Assembly: GCA_021613535.1 (NCBI GenBank)
Contig: CP075492.1
Coordinates: 16,368,001-16,432,000 of the forward strand
Source: Adineta vaga
Lineage: Eukaryota; Animalia; Rotifera
Length of the DNA: 64,000 bases
Direction: 5' to 3'
Shown here: positions 1 through 13,483 of the stretch, one piece after another
How the letters are laid out: each line of letters starts with the position of its first letter
Position numbering within the stretch: the first letter of the stretch is position 1
The notes under the pieces: generated by a model
What the model was told of the DNA's origin: nothing
What the model saw: the letters and a program-made list of their open reading frames with translations, nothing else
Databases searched by the model: none
Program-made: the position numbers and the translations under genes

Positions 1-1664
1 GAAGCATAGCTAATGTTCGGAAACGGCGTAAATTAGAAACGAGCGATCCAATCACCTATTTAAAATAAAAGAATATTCTTTTGAATCTTTTGGAATTTCT
101 TCTGCACTGACCTGTACTTGAATATTTGAATTAGTAATCAACGGTAAATATTTCAAAGCAATATAGATTGTCAGTTCCTTACACATGATTTCTGCTGGTT
201 TAGTGTGCAAGCGAGCATCGAAAACTATATGACAATTTATCAGAAATCGATCTTAAATATCTACACATGCTTACCTAAGCGTGGATAAATGAATTTATGA
301 TTAAAAATACATATTTTCTTTTGTTGTAAACCAAAAAACTGCTGATTATGCGAAACCGTGATAAGTAGAAGATCATCGGATTTTGGTTGCATCGGATCAT
401 CAATTTTAAAAAGACCTGCATAATAAATCATGATTTATATCTATGAAAATCCATTAAAATTCTTACATTGACAATGTAATTCCATCAAACCAACCTTTAA
501 TTTCTCTTCTGTTCGAATTATATATAAGTTAAATATCATTGATGGTTTACTATCATTTTCTTGCAAACGTTCTTGATTATCTTGTTTTATCTAGACACAA
601 TAATAGCAGTTAACTTTGTCTAGGATCAATGTTTACATACATTTTCCCATGTTTCTGCAAGAAGCCAAGGTAAATGTGCTGATTCGTAATCACTAAACGA
701 TGCATATTGGTCTTTTACTGGAGTCGGTGAACGACCACAGAGACAATAATCTTTGTACAAAATAACCGGTCTCAGATCTTCAAAAAGAAGAATGTTATAT
801 TAAATTTAAAAACAATTGTTTTTTCTTACTGAAGGATTCATCAAACCAAATGGGATCCCATAGAAGAATATAGGATAAATATGTTTCATACGATAATACC
901 CCTTCTGATTGTTTTAGTCTGTTGGAAAAAGAGACTCTTGGTACTGTTCTTTTATAACGGTTGGATAATGTATCAGATGTAGATACCTTGTATGTAATAA
1001 AAATATTTTCTGTTGTATTTTGGGCATTATTGGAATGATAATTTGATACTTCGGAAACAGATAATGATTCTGAATTGTTAGTGATTACTTCAGGTGCTTC
1101 ATATTCTGAATTGTTAGTGATTACTTCAGGTGCTTCATATTCTGAATTGTTAGTGATTACTTCAGGTGCTTCATATTCTGAATTGTTAGTGATTACTTCA
1201 GGTGCTTCATATTCTGAATTGTTAGTGATTACTTCAGGTGCTTCATATTCTGAATTGTTAGTGATTACTTCAGGTCCTTCATATTCTGAATTGTTAGTGA
1301 TTACTTCAGGTCCTTCATATTCTTCATATCCGAATTTTTGAAGAGTTAAAAACGAACTCTGAGGAAATTCAATCTCATCTTTAAGTGGAACGCTATCAAC
1401 ACTAGTAGAAATTACTGATGATTCTAATGACATATCAAATGGTATAGTTGGTTTGCATGGTTCTTCTATCACAGCGCAAGTAGATAACTCGCACAATGAG
1501 TCAGAAGCAATTGATTTCGATGTTTTTGAGTGCACAGAATTCTTAGAGTCGACTATATAAGAAAAAACCTGGAGATATGCATCTTTCAATATCGTATAAT
1601 TACTTTGACTACAACACACCAAACCAATAAAAATAATAATACCGATACAAAACAATAGAAACAT
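1..1664 (-). CDS. Sen1/senataxin-like SF1 helicase, N-terminal exons (runs off the window); hydrophobic N-terminus and 12-aa tandem repeat
   Basis: Manual splicing of the 795-1664 ORF to downstream GT-AG exons stays in frame: ...YLSYILLWDPIWF...PVKDQYASFSDYESAHLPWLLAETWEN...PKSDDLLLI...VIGSLVSNLRRFRTLAML. These resemble the Sen1/SETX pre-helicase motifs (ILxWD; F.S..DY...xPLLLxExW; SDLIVL; SLxTxxRExxAL). The helicase core motifs lie outside the window. Confidence 0.55.
1068..1328 (-). repeat. 36-bp coding tandem repeat (~7 copies, EYEAPEVITNNS)
   Basis: The unit TCTGAATTGTTAGTGATTACTTCAGGTGCTTCATAT repeats almost perfectly, with two GGTCCT variants. Confidence 0.95.
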
Positions 1665-3215
1665 AAGTGTAGATCTGAAATTAATAACTATTGTGGGTAC
1701 GCATCTTCTTTTTATTTAATAAAAAGGCCGACGAAAATAAGAGTAAAGTGTTTCGACGAGAAAATAAAACTTCAGCTAACTGTGTCTCATTAATACTGAT
1801 CTTCGAATTAAAGATAAATAGCGAATAAAAGAATGGTAGATATCTATCGTGAAACCTAATATACATGCAAAGCAAGAAAAATGAAAGAAAAAACAAAATA
1901 AAGCTTCGACTGGTGCTGATAGTGCGTAAACATATTCATCACATCCACATCCAGACTATATATGGATATGAAAATTTAGACTTAGAGATCATTTCTGTTC
2001 GCATATTAAAGAAAACACACTGTTTGTGAGATCTAATGAATTGCTCTGAAGGAAAACCAAAAAGCATTGTCACAAATGTTTTTCTTACTTTTTCATTATA
2101 AAAACATATTTTGTATCCACAACATTAAAAAAAAGCTTATCTTTATTTACAGACAAAACTATTTTTACTGATAAGAATATGAATATTGTGGTTAGTTTGC
2201 TTTCATATTCATATATTTTATTATAAGAACATTAACGATTATTTACGCAGGACAGTAGCAGAAAAATCAAACTTCATCTATACACGTAGATTTGATATTT
2301 TTCTATTTTCATAAAGAGTAGAACTTTTAAATCAATGAGTAATGAATCTTGAATACATTGAAATATTTGTTCAAATTGAAAAAATGAACAACCATTTCTC
2401 TCATATGTCCTTTTCCAGACAGAAAGAATAAATGATGCGAAAAAAAAGGAAATGCTTTTGTCTGTCTGTCGGAAGTCAAAGCTCATTAATAAAAATAATT
2501 TTTTCAAAGAAAACTACTTTATAGAGAGACATTTGTATCTTCAGGTCTTATACGAAGACCCTCATTCACCCACAGCCTCAAGAAACTAACACACTGTAGG
2601 AAAAAGCGGCAGATCATAAACCATCAGCACTTGTTTACAGCTGCGTTAAAACATTTGAGTGTAATCAGCTCGGTTATAAACTAGTTTTTGTATTAAATCT
2701 CTCATGAATTTATATGTCCTTGTAATATTTGCCTTGGTCACGATCGTTTTTTCCTTAATTGAAACGAATCAGATCTGAAATGGAGCGTATGTTTCATACG
2801 ATGATAAGCTCAGCACTTTAGAGTTGATTTAATGTAAAAAAATTAGGTAAGTAAAGGGCTAATTACGCTCATAAATGGTTTTACACAGGCATAAACGAAC
2901 GTTGAGGGTTTATCATTCCTCAGTTCTTTTTACGGTGCAGTTAATTTGATTCCTATCTAAAAAAAAGAAAATTTCTCAGAATAACTCTACAGAGCACTCT
3001 AAACTGTATATATAAAGACTTTTATAATTCCATTTCTTTATGGGTAACAATTTGAGTAAAAATTTAATTAGACTAACAGCAGCTTTAAATTTGTTCATTA
3101 GTATTAATATTTATAAAAATATTAATTCAAAATCAAACTATTGATTTTTTAATATAATTTATTAAATTTAATAAATTAAATGAACAAGAAAATATGAACA
3201 GAAAAACAAAATTCA

Positions 3216-3253
3216 GTCGACGTTTCGAGGGCTAACATCCCTATTATCAAGAC
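3216..3253 (-). ncRNA. Minimal hammerhead ribozyme motif (U3/A8 variant) in the Penelope pLTR
   Basis: The minus strand reads GTC-TTGATAA-T-AGGG-atgttag-CCCT-C-GAAAC-GTC-GAC. Stem I is GTC/GAC, the core is UUGAUAA (C3U/G8A compensatory form of CUGANGA), stem II is AGGG/CCCT, followed by GAAA and a loopless stem III with a GUC cleavage triplet. Confidence 0.7.
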
Positions 3254-3399
3254 AAGTTGTTGTAGTGAGAGAGGAAGAAAAAGCAACAGATAAGAGAAAA
3301 AAAGAAAAAATGAGCAATCTATATGTATTTTTTTTATATGGGGAACATCATAGATGACTGACCAAGAGTAAGGATAGAGGTATAGATAACCATACGAAT

Positions 3400-4226
3400 A
3401 AACTCCGACCATTGGTATTCCATCTAACGTTGATTTTATCTTGACCTGAGGTTTGATTTTTGATCCTTCTGGAAAGATTATTAACGGTACTGAACTAGTT
3501 GTTTTGTTTAGAGACGGTTTATGACTATTAATTAGTAATGTTTATTATCTCTAGCTATGATGTTGAAATTAGTCCAATCTATTATATGATTATTATTATT
3601 TTCATGTTGTTTAACTGCCGAAAGTGTAAATTTATTTTGTTCCGGTGAAATTTCATCAATTACTATTTCTGGATAATATTGTACTGTTTTATTTTTATTT
3701 CGATCTGAACGTCGAAGATTTACTGAATTACCAATTCCAACTTTGCTATTGGGCTTGGTTATATTCATTGTTTTAAGATCTGCACCGTGTTCTTGTAATT
3801 TCTTACTAGCATGTCGTACTGTTTTACCTATGTAAGTATCATCACAATTAGAACAATCTCATTTATATACAATTTCTGATTTAAGTAGTTTAGGTACCTG
3901 ATCTTTTATTGAAAAGAAACTTGATAATGTTACTGGTGGTCTTTCAATTGGTTGAATATTTATTAATAGGTCTACGGTTTTAGTAATTTTGACTATTTGT
4001 TTTTTGAAAATTTCAGTTGGTTTACCAAAGAATGGTATGTCAAAGAATGATATCCCATTACTTTTATCAATATATCTATCTAAAGTTTTACGAATTTGTG
4101 ACTTTATAAAGGCAACTGGATAACCATTTAATTTATTTATAAATTCAAATTCTTCATTCATTAATTCATACGATGAACAAATTCTGATCGCTCGATATAC
4201 CATGCTACTTAATGTACTAATTTTAT
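3400..4226 (-). pseudogene. Penelope ORF 3' part: RT thumb/linker plus GIY-YIG endonuclease
   Basis: KISTLSSMVYRAIRICSS...NGYP...FFDIPFFGK...KSEIVYK*DCSNCDDTYIGKTVRH...QEHG...SAVKQHE...HIIDWTNFNIIARD. It contains stops and deletions. Confidence 0.88.
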
Positions 4227-4271
4227 GATTTGATGCGTTATAGCGTTTTCCGGGAAACTCAATTTCTAGTA

Positions 4272-5449
4272 GGGAAATTAGGTTCATTAGGGACTTTTGT
4301 TTATGTCTGCCATAATGGACATAATGGACATAATCGAGGATTTCCCAATTTCCATCATGGAAATTAGGTTCATTAGGGACTTTTGTTTATGTCTGCCATA
4401 ATGGACATAATGGACATAATCGAGGATTTCCCAATTTCCATCATGGAAATTAGGTTCATTAGGGACTTTTGTTTATGTCTGCCATAATGGACATAATGGA
4501 CATAATCGAGGATTTCCCAATTTCCATCATGGAAATTAGGTTCATTAGGGACTTTTGTTTATGTCTGCCATAATGGACATAATGGACATAATCGAGGATT
4601 TCCCAATTTCCATCATGGAAATTAGGTTCATTATGGACTTTGTTTATGTCTGCCATAATGGACATAATGGACATAATCGAGGATTTCCCAATTTCCATCA
4701 TGGAAATTAGGTTCCTTAGGGACTTTTGTTTATGTCTGCCATAATGGACATAATCGAGGATTTCCCAATTTCCATCATGGAAATTAGGTTCATTAGGGAC
4801 TTTTGTTTATGTCTGCCATAATGGACATAATGGACATAATGGACATAATCGAGGATTTCCCAATTTCCATCATGGAAATTAGGTTCATTATGGACTTTTG
4901 TTTATGTCTGCCATAATGGACATAATGGACATAATCGAGGATTTCCCAATTTCCATCATGGAAATTAGGTTCATTAGGGACTTTTGTTTATGTCTGCCAT
5001 AATGGACATAATGGACATAATGGACATAATCGAGGATTTCCCAATTTCCATCATGGAAATTAGGTTCCTTAGGGACTTTTGTTTATGTCTGCCATAATGG
5101 ACATAATGGACATAATCGAGGATTTCCCAATTTCCATCATGGAAATTAGGTTCCTTAGGGACTTTTGTTTATGTCTGCCATAATGGACATAATGGACATA
5201 ATGGACATAATCGAGGATTTCCCAATTTCCATCATGGAAATTAGGTTCATTAGGGACTTTTGTTTATGTCTGCCATAATGGACATAATGGACATAATGGA
5301 CATAATCGAGGATTTCCCAATTTCCATCATGGAAATTAGGTTCATTATGGACTTTTGTTTATGTCTGCCATAATGGACATAATGGACATAATGGACATAA
5401 TCGAGAATTTCCCAATTTCCATCATGGAAATTAGGTTCATTAGGGACTT
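4272..5449 (+). repeat. Left subterminal tandem array (~13 units of 84-102 bp)
   Basis: Each unit contains the palindrome AATTTCCAT-C-ATGGAAATT and a variable number of nested 9-bp CATAATGGA repeats. Confidence 0.95.
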
Positions 5450-8400
5450 CGTATAGGGCTGAGGAGATACGTGATATACGATTGAGTGGAAACAATAAAT
5501 TAAGCTGAATGGCACGGTTACGTCTATATTTATCGTCCAAGATTGAAGTGCTGTGTGAGAAAACCTATATTCGATGTCTAAGTGTTTGATTATATACAGA
5601 GAGAGAGGATGTTATTATCGGACATTTCTTTCACCTATGTGTTTTCGTTGTCAATATAGTGTCATTATGGTCGTGATTATGTTTATTTGTTTTTTATTAT
5701 ATGTCGTCTACAATTATCATTTTTTTATTAAGTTTGTTACAGTTTAGCGTTGTATCTTATGGGCTACCTCAAGCGATTGTTGTAGCAAATTATGGAATTA
5801 AAACAGTTTTATTTACATGGAAGTGTTTTGTCAAGGTACATCTTTTTTCATAGAAGCCTTGTATTGTAAGCATTAGTAGTTTTCGAATTGGATCTGAAGC
5901 TCGATCATTGTTGACGGCGTTATCACTTTCGTATCGATGAATGGCTGGCAAAAATTTGGTCAGAGAACTTTGTGGTGTATAGGTTTCTTTTGCTGTTTCA
6001 ACTGAATATAGTGAGGTGGAGAATAGCAATGTAGTTTATCGTTTTTGAATACAAGTTTGTTTTTGTGTACCATGTCGATACTTCAAAAATTATCTAACTA
6101 TATTCAGACTCGTTAATAAAGCATAATATCTTATGTACGTTATACTGACAAATAGATTTTTTATTTTGACATGCATTTGTTGTTGTTAGTGATGAATTAC
6201 AAGCGGAACTATTCCATACTTATAGAAATAATTAGAATCAAATTACATAATGTAGTAAGTTAGTATTATCATTTGATTATAATCTGTGCTTATAGAATTA
6301 TTTCTTTTGAATTCAATTCAATACGCTTTTAAATTAGAGAAAAATTCAAATATTTAAATAGAATACTGCTAAAACTTGTTTAATGATGGTTATTAATGGT
6401 CGAACTAGACACTAACGTCTTCATATTTCATATATTTGCCAATTTATCAATCAAACCCATCTTTCTGGCAAGGTTCAGAATATTTTCAAACGAAAATATT
6501 TCGTTATTTTTGTTCATTCATTTACAGAAGATCGACATTATCAATCATGTCCTTCTTTAATATCTCTACATAATTCGGAATACTATTTTTTGATTGATGT
6601 GCATTGAGAAGTGTTTTTCATTTATGAAAAATATTACAAATTATCTCATCGGATGGTACGTCTTTATTACAAACTGACAATAACGTTGTCTGTAATTTAA
6701 ATATATTTTTGGAACATTGTCTATGGAACTTTCTTCCTCGTCTCCATATCATTCTTCCAGATTTATCATCATCGATGTTTGTAAATACATTCGCTTATGA
6801 ATTTTATCAACGTCAAAAAAAATGCAATACGTCTTGTTAAATATCACAAACAAATTCTTCAACAATCAATGCATTTAAAAATATATGTTGCATATCTATG
6901 ATCAATGTTTATCAAAAAGCAAAATCCACCGCAAAAACTTATTATTTAATTTATCCGATTTCAAATGAAATTTTATGTATGAGAAGTGTTTTAGTGTTTT
7001 GATCGATTCAATTGAATCACAAACACGACATTCATTTATAAATTTTGTTTCTAACATATCAAAATTTATTATTAGTGATTGTGGATCAGAAACAGTAACA
7101 AAATTGTTAAGTGAAAATCGATATTTGTGGTTTGTGATTAACTCTAATAGATTATCAGTCGCATTTGCAATTGACGATATAAAGATGAATTTAAAGAAGG
7201 AATACTTCAACTTATAATTTTCTATATATGTGTACCACAAATACTTTTATATCATTTATTTCAGTAATGCACTGAAACAATTGCTGATGTTGTTAAATTC
7301 TATATGATACTCGAATAGACAGAACCACAACGTTTGTAAAAATCTATTAAATTATATTAATGAAAATTGTTTTTGTTATTTAGAAAATGGAGATAGTCGA
7401 CACCGACATTATTATATAATTCTATCAACAATTACTGAAAATAATATTTTTGAAAATCGATTCAAACTAATGACATCAATGAAGAATGATAAAATTTTAA
7501 TTGATACCATCGATGAACATATTCCGTTATTGCTGAACCAAATTCTGATACTGATCATATTCAATAACAAGAAAAATATTGAATTTGTTGAAAATTATAG
7601 CTATTACTTACTGATGAAAATTATCAATGACCATTAGACAATTCTTTGAACAAGCACGCTCTGTATCAGTATTATATGAATAGAAGTTTTCAAAAAATTC
7701 TTCTTATTTTATTTTATAACAAAATATTTTTTTGTTACAAGCGTGCATTGGCGAATACATTACCGATGGCGTTGTTGAGGACGTAATTCGGCGTTTTTTT
7801 CTTTTTTGGGTGCACTAATCGAGCAAAAGCTAGAAAAAAATGGTTTTAAAGTTATTCTGTTTTATGAAAAGAGAGAAGATTATTCTATTTCTTCTCGTAG
7901 AGAAGAGTCTTTTGAACATAAATTGTTTGCTGAGGGTGAGGGTGTTCGCAGTCGTTATGTAGATGCGGTTGAAGATTATATGTATATATATATATGTTAA
8001 TGAAAGATAACTATTTTGAGTAATACATACATGATAAATTCAAGATGAATTTATACAAAATTTCTCAGGCATGTCTTTATGTACTATTTGTTTAAATCCT
8101 CTTCTTACTATCTAATTAAACATTCGATCGTGTTCAATACTTCATCATAAATCTTGTACTTTTCATCATCAAATGTCAATGTAGGTTTCTGAAAATATTA
8201 TCTAATAAGTTCTTGCAAACAGACCGAAACAAGTCGTAGTAAACTAATACTTATCAACTGAAATGACTAACGTAAATGAAAAAACACACCCAGCTCTTTT
8301 ACCTAGAAACCACGATCTACAGAGTTCACCTAATCTTCTAGTTTATCCGATTTTAAAAATCTGATCTCAAATTCCCGCTCTTCAATTCCGATTACTCTTT

Positions 8401-8599
8401 GATCAATCCTTATGAAATTCTTTAGTTTTCCAAAAACCTGATCTATTTCTTGAAAAACCGATCATCAAAGGAATTCTAAAAGATCAACATCAGATCCATG
8501 ATCCTCAACCTCGACTAACGGTTGATGAAATTTTATAGAAAATATTAATTGATACGTCGTTAATAATTAATTAGTAAAAAGTTTGTATATTAATTAAAA

Positions 8600-9009
8600 C
8601 CGTCATCTGATTTCATCTCACTAACCTCGATTAGTCTTTGCTCAAGTTCTATGAAGAGAAGTTATCTTTGTTTTTAACTTATTCTTCAAGCTTTCAATAA
8701 AATGCGGACATACAAGCAAGCAAATAATTTATTCTTGTAAGACTCTTCTCTACGAACGAGAGAAAATACTTACAACGAATCGCCTGAATTTTAATCGGGC
8801 ATACTGATGAAACACGTTTTCTCGCCCGTTGATTACGTGATGGATATATTTCTTTAATGACCTGGCGGCATGTTGTTGTTATTCTTCCCTTTTTACATCT
8901 TTTTAATTGAATAAAAGATAAACCTAAAATGCTAGCCAGCTTTTTAATTTTCTTTCTTTTTCTTTGTTCTTTTTTCGTTTCTTCATCTTGTTGATGTTCC
9001 TGCTGCTGC

Positions 9010-9052
<43 letters not shown>

Positions 9053-10250
9053 CTGTTGTTGTTGTTGTTCTTCTTCTTCTTCTTCTTCTTCTCCTTCTTC
9101 ATTTCCTTCTAGAAAAGTTGAAAATTTTTTTTAAATATTTGCAGAAAAATTATCGAAAATCACAATGAAAAAACATTTCGATCAATTATAATGTCAAAAG
9201 ACTCGAAATGCATTTTAATCGATTTTTTCTGATAAATTATCAATATGATTCCCATTCTCAGGTATCTAATCTTCATCAACTTTTTTACCAAAAAACATCA
9301 ATTTCAAATCGATTAAAATTTGTTTTGAAATATAATTTTTTTGATATTTCAACTGACTTGAACGAGTTTGATAAATTTCATACTGAATAAGCTAATAAAA
9401 CCATATTCTCATCATTTAATCGATGAAAATCGTTATAAAATTTAGGAAATCGATTAAAATTGATTTCCATTTAAAAAATTAGCTTATATATGTTTATCCT
9501 AGAGTTTAATCGATTGAAACGCATTCTCATTCAAAATATCTATAAATATCAATTACAACTTTGAAATTCAATTATTGTTAATTTTAAAACGTTTGATTAA
9601 TGAAAATAGATTCTGCTATAAAAGTAAATTAATACTTGCTATATAGTAGACTTTAATTCATAAAAATCGATTATTTGATAGTTTAGTTGATGAAGATCTA
9701 TTTTTTAACTTTTTCAATTGGATTCAAATGGATCCAAATCAAGATATTGTCTGTTTTTATTAGATTTATTTTTGGTATCTTAAACACCAGTTATTATTCA
9801 TTATCTTTTGTTATCGCAACAATTCGTCTTTTTAAATTTTTTTGACTTTTGTTCAAACATACCGTTCGATTGATTTACATCAACTCGATGTACACGAAGG
9901 AAAAAATTCCCTGCATCAACTGTTGCCCTATTTTAAAATCATATTGAAAAACGGAAAATAAATATTTTATCTTTAAATAATCTACTTTTCTATCAATTTT
10001 TCTTTGAGATTTTCAATTTCTTCTTTTAAACGTTGATTTTCATCTCTTGACATTTGGAACTGATCTAATAATGTTTCAAATGCTAAGTTTGTGCTTGGCA
10101 ATGATGTTGAATTAATATTATTATTATCATCCTCAATATCTGATGATATCATTATTGATGGTGGTGTATTTGTTTTTTCTTAAGATTTTCTAGAAAATTT
10201 CTTATTATTTATTTTAGATGGTATTTCGAAAGGATTAAAATTCTATTTTA
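8600..10250 (-). pseudogene. Decayed coiled-coil plus BEN-like domain gene (transposon cargo, paralog of 15752-17234)
   Basis: The remnant has a coiled coil (FQMSRDENQRLKEEIENLKEKL), an E/Q tract, then KIKKLASILGLSFIQLKRCKREE/ITTTCRQVIKEIYPSRNQRARKRVSSVCPIKIQAIR. This aligns with the 15.9-16.1 kb exon, with an intron donor at the same position. Frameshifts are present. Confidence 0.55.
9001..9100 (+). repeat. (TTG)n/(TTC)n microsatellite (polyE/polyQ tract of the minus-strand pseudogene)
   Basis: Directly visible trinucleotide runs. Confidence 0.9.
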
Positions 10251-10868
10251 TTTTCTAATAGAAATTAGTTCCCATAATGTCAAATATAGGATGGGAAATG
10301 AAAAATCTGAACTAAATAATATTTATTGCTTTACTTATTCTCAAATGAGATGATAGTACTATTTAAGAAATTAGTTTTCATGATTATATTTTTTCTTGTG
10401 CTAAAATTTGTTACTAATTGTTCAATTAATTACTTATTTTCTTCACGATCGAATATGGCTTCTATGTGTAATGATCTATTTTAATGTCATTTTTTGACAC
10501 AACAAAGCACATTTATATTGTATGTTCATATATTCCTTTTAAAAATACGAAAATATTATCAAATATCAAAATATATAATCAATGAAGCATGTGAGAATCG
10601 TGTTAGTCAATGCAAAAATATAAAAAAATGATCCATAGTTAACATGAGAACATTTCTTATTGATAATGCATTACAATGCATTAAACAAATTCATCAACCA
10701 TCTAATAATTCAGTTCAAACCAGTTATTTATTTTCAATTTCTAGATAACAAATATAGAATCAAACCAAGAAGAAAACAAATGTTCACATGAGATTTTAGT
10801 TATAACAAGAATACAATCTTTAGATTGTTCAATAGGACATTATTAATCACAAATTAATGTAAATAAAA

Positions 10869-13483
10869 CTATGACATATCTTCAGATGTAACATTATGAT
10901 CAAGATCTGATTGATCATCATCCTCATCTTTCTTCAATTCTTCACCATTTAACGTACCAAAGCGTTCGTAAACACATGGTGTCAAGAAAAATTCCTTGAT
11001 TATATCACCAAAACATAGACATCCTAAACCAATTGTTTCTGAATTGATGCCAGTCATTTTGCAGTTCAAAAGATGCAGCATCACCAATAACATTATTGTC
11101 GAATGTGGAAATGAGAAATTTCGTAATGCAAATTTCGCTCGGGATATATATTGAAATGCTTGTTCAGCTGCTTGACTGTTTAAACCAATAAAACGTCCTT
11201 CATGTGATGGGTGATCAGATTTCATAATGGTTTGACACATTGCTCTCGAATGTGTTTTTTGATGGAAGTTATCGAGAGCAAGATGAATTGGAAGCTGTTG
11301 TGTTAATGTCGACGACTTAAGCATATCTGTACCTAGCCATTTATTCCAGTGAAGCTTCAATGTACAGGCGCAGTCATACATGAGCGCATCTGGCATAAAG
11401 CAACCACCAATGATCATGAGTAAAAGATGACGGGTCACTGATCGCATTCCTAGTAAAACATGATAAACGAGACTTTTTCGCATCATTTCAAGATTTGTTT
11501 TAATGAACATACCCTCAGCTTTAATTGCTTCTGTGAAGCCGACAGCAACTCCACATGGATGATATGATGCTAATATGCCATACGTTTTATTTTTTTTAAT
11601 CTCTTCACTATCATTACGATAATTCTGGCATTGAACTTTATGTTCTGAAAGAAAATCTGCATCCCATTTCTAAAATAACAAAAAAAAACATCTTTATATT
11701 AGTAGATGGAACAAAAATCAAGTCTCGTTTTATGTGAGATAAAAAATGTGTGTTAAACTTTTGAGTGCATCAAACTATTGGGCAAGTAGTATTCACATAG
11801 TTGTTTGTATGAAACTCATTTGAGTGAGTTTTTAAGAGTTATTCTACCTTTGAGTGTGAATAATCGAAAGAACTATAATTTATCATATTAATTATTCTTC
11901 TTTATACAACTGTTAAGTTTTGTTTGTCTTAGATGATTTCGATCATAGACTATTTTCAAAAATTAAACGAGAAAAAAAAACTTCGGAGCAACAGAATTTA
12001 TCAGTCTTTAATTAACTGCAGTTGTGTTTATTCATATGTGTATATTTCTACGTTACCTTTAAAGATATCATTTCAAATTTATCCAGTAAACAATGAATGT
12101 AAATTTATGAAAGGTGTAATAAATAGTATTTACGTTATAATCATACTTCGATAGCATATTGGTCGAATGTTTATATGTTGAATACCCTCTGATGCTCACC
12201 TTCTGAAAATGACTTAGTTAACATAATAACGTTACCGAGAATTCAGCAGCCATATCACTAGCTTTTTGTAAATTAAGAGAAGGTGACAAAAGAATTGAAG
12301 GTTGATGATATCGACAATAAATTGCATTAACTAAAATAAAATAATAAAAATACCAGTAACGAATAATTCTATAATTTAAAAATAAATCTTAAATTCTATA
12401 TTTACCTAAATTGGATGATTGTATTCTTCGACAAGGTGTATACGGACAACCAATTTCAATTGCAGTCATTTCTTCAATGGAAGTGTCGACAACGTTTTTA
12501 AAACTACATACTAATCGTCGACATTTTTGATGACCATCCACAATAATACATCGGCTACAGTCTGATGGACAACATTTTATATTTGGAATTGACCTGTGTC
12601 TCGACCAAAATGTAGTGAATAAATGGTACCACCAACCAGAATAGCATTCAAAATGATAATTAAGTTCACTTCGATTAAGTGAAACTGGTAAATTAACTAT
12701 TTGAGTTCGTCCTAACATGAATTCAAAACGTACAATTTGATAAAATAACCAATGACATTGAAATAATTTTGCTAATGGAATAGGTTCAAGAACAATGTTA
12801 CTGTTTTGACGTTCATAATTATATCTATCAATAAGTATTCGACAAAAAGATTGAAATGGACATTGATCATGTAGAAGTTGACATGTATAATCGAAGAAAA
12901 CTGAATATGTAAATGCAAACGAATCACATAAATAAAATACTTTGAGCGTACTATTCAATGATGAATTATTAATCTTTCGCCATCGATTCTTTAATGAATA
13001 CCAAGATGAATGATTATAAATTAGTGTACATGTTTTACACTCAGCAGTTACAGCAACTGCTCGAATGATTTTAAAACAATCAATAATATGAATTAATCTG
13101 TATCGATACGAAGTAAGAGATTTTGTACAATTAATACAAATGTTGGTGAATGGAAATAAGATCATGTCATTTAAAACATTCATTGTAATATGATTTATGT
13201 CAAGTTTGATAACATTTCTGTCAAAATCTGACAGTAATAGTACTCGATTGATCAAATCTTTATTTATTTCAATCATATTTGTCACCATCATAATATTTTC
13301 AGTTGTATGACTGCTGTCATACCGTTCGTTTACTGCTTGTTTTATCAGTTGGGTTCGAGCAGTTGATGATAAAATTGTTGACGGAAAAGTTGACAATTTC
13401 ATATATAGTCGACAAATGTAAACTAGAGATATTAAACCAATGGAACAACGAAGTGCTTCAAGAATATCTTCACCATTTGGCAT
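10869..13483 (-). CDS. KDZ (Kyakuja-Dileera-Zisupton) DDE transposase with CxC5/CxC6-like Cys clusters, multi-exon
   Basis: Motifs in order: CINC...ECKTC..IYNHS (CxC5-like); H..C...C.RCIIVDGHQKCRRLVC...CPYTP...YCRYH (CxC6-like, first D); YGILASYHPCGVAVGFTEAIKAEG; LMYDCACTL; LDNFHQKTH; LNSQAAEQAF. Exons at ~12406-13483, 12236-12330, ~12134-12202, ~11512-11669 and 10869-11450 splice in frame at GT-AG sites. Confidence 0.85.

Noticed and set aside
1075-1341. 88-aa plus-strand repeat ORF
   Set aside because: Antisense shadow of the coding 36-bp repeat.
4224-4230. 7-bp TSD TATGATT/TATGAAT with termini at TGATGCG
   Set aside because: It is imperfect and does not restore the Penelope frame. The 8-bp AATTTTAT boundary is perfect and does restore it.
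3859-4287. 142-aa ORF as a real gene
   Set aside because: Chimeric: its first ~20 codons come from the transposon end and the rest from the decayed Penelope ORF.
4272-5449. CRISPR-like array with palindromic repeats
   Set aside because: There are no unique spacers, the context is eukaryotic with no cas genes, and the array is explained as a transposon subterminal repeat with an inverted partner at 27.4-27.8 kb.
4459-5540. ORFs 4459-4701, 5250-5540 and 27218-27612 (SIMSIM.. / YVHYVH..)
   Set aside because: Translations of the tandem arrays, with no independent coding evidence.
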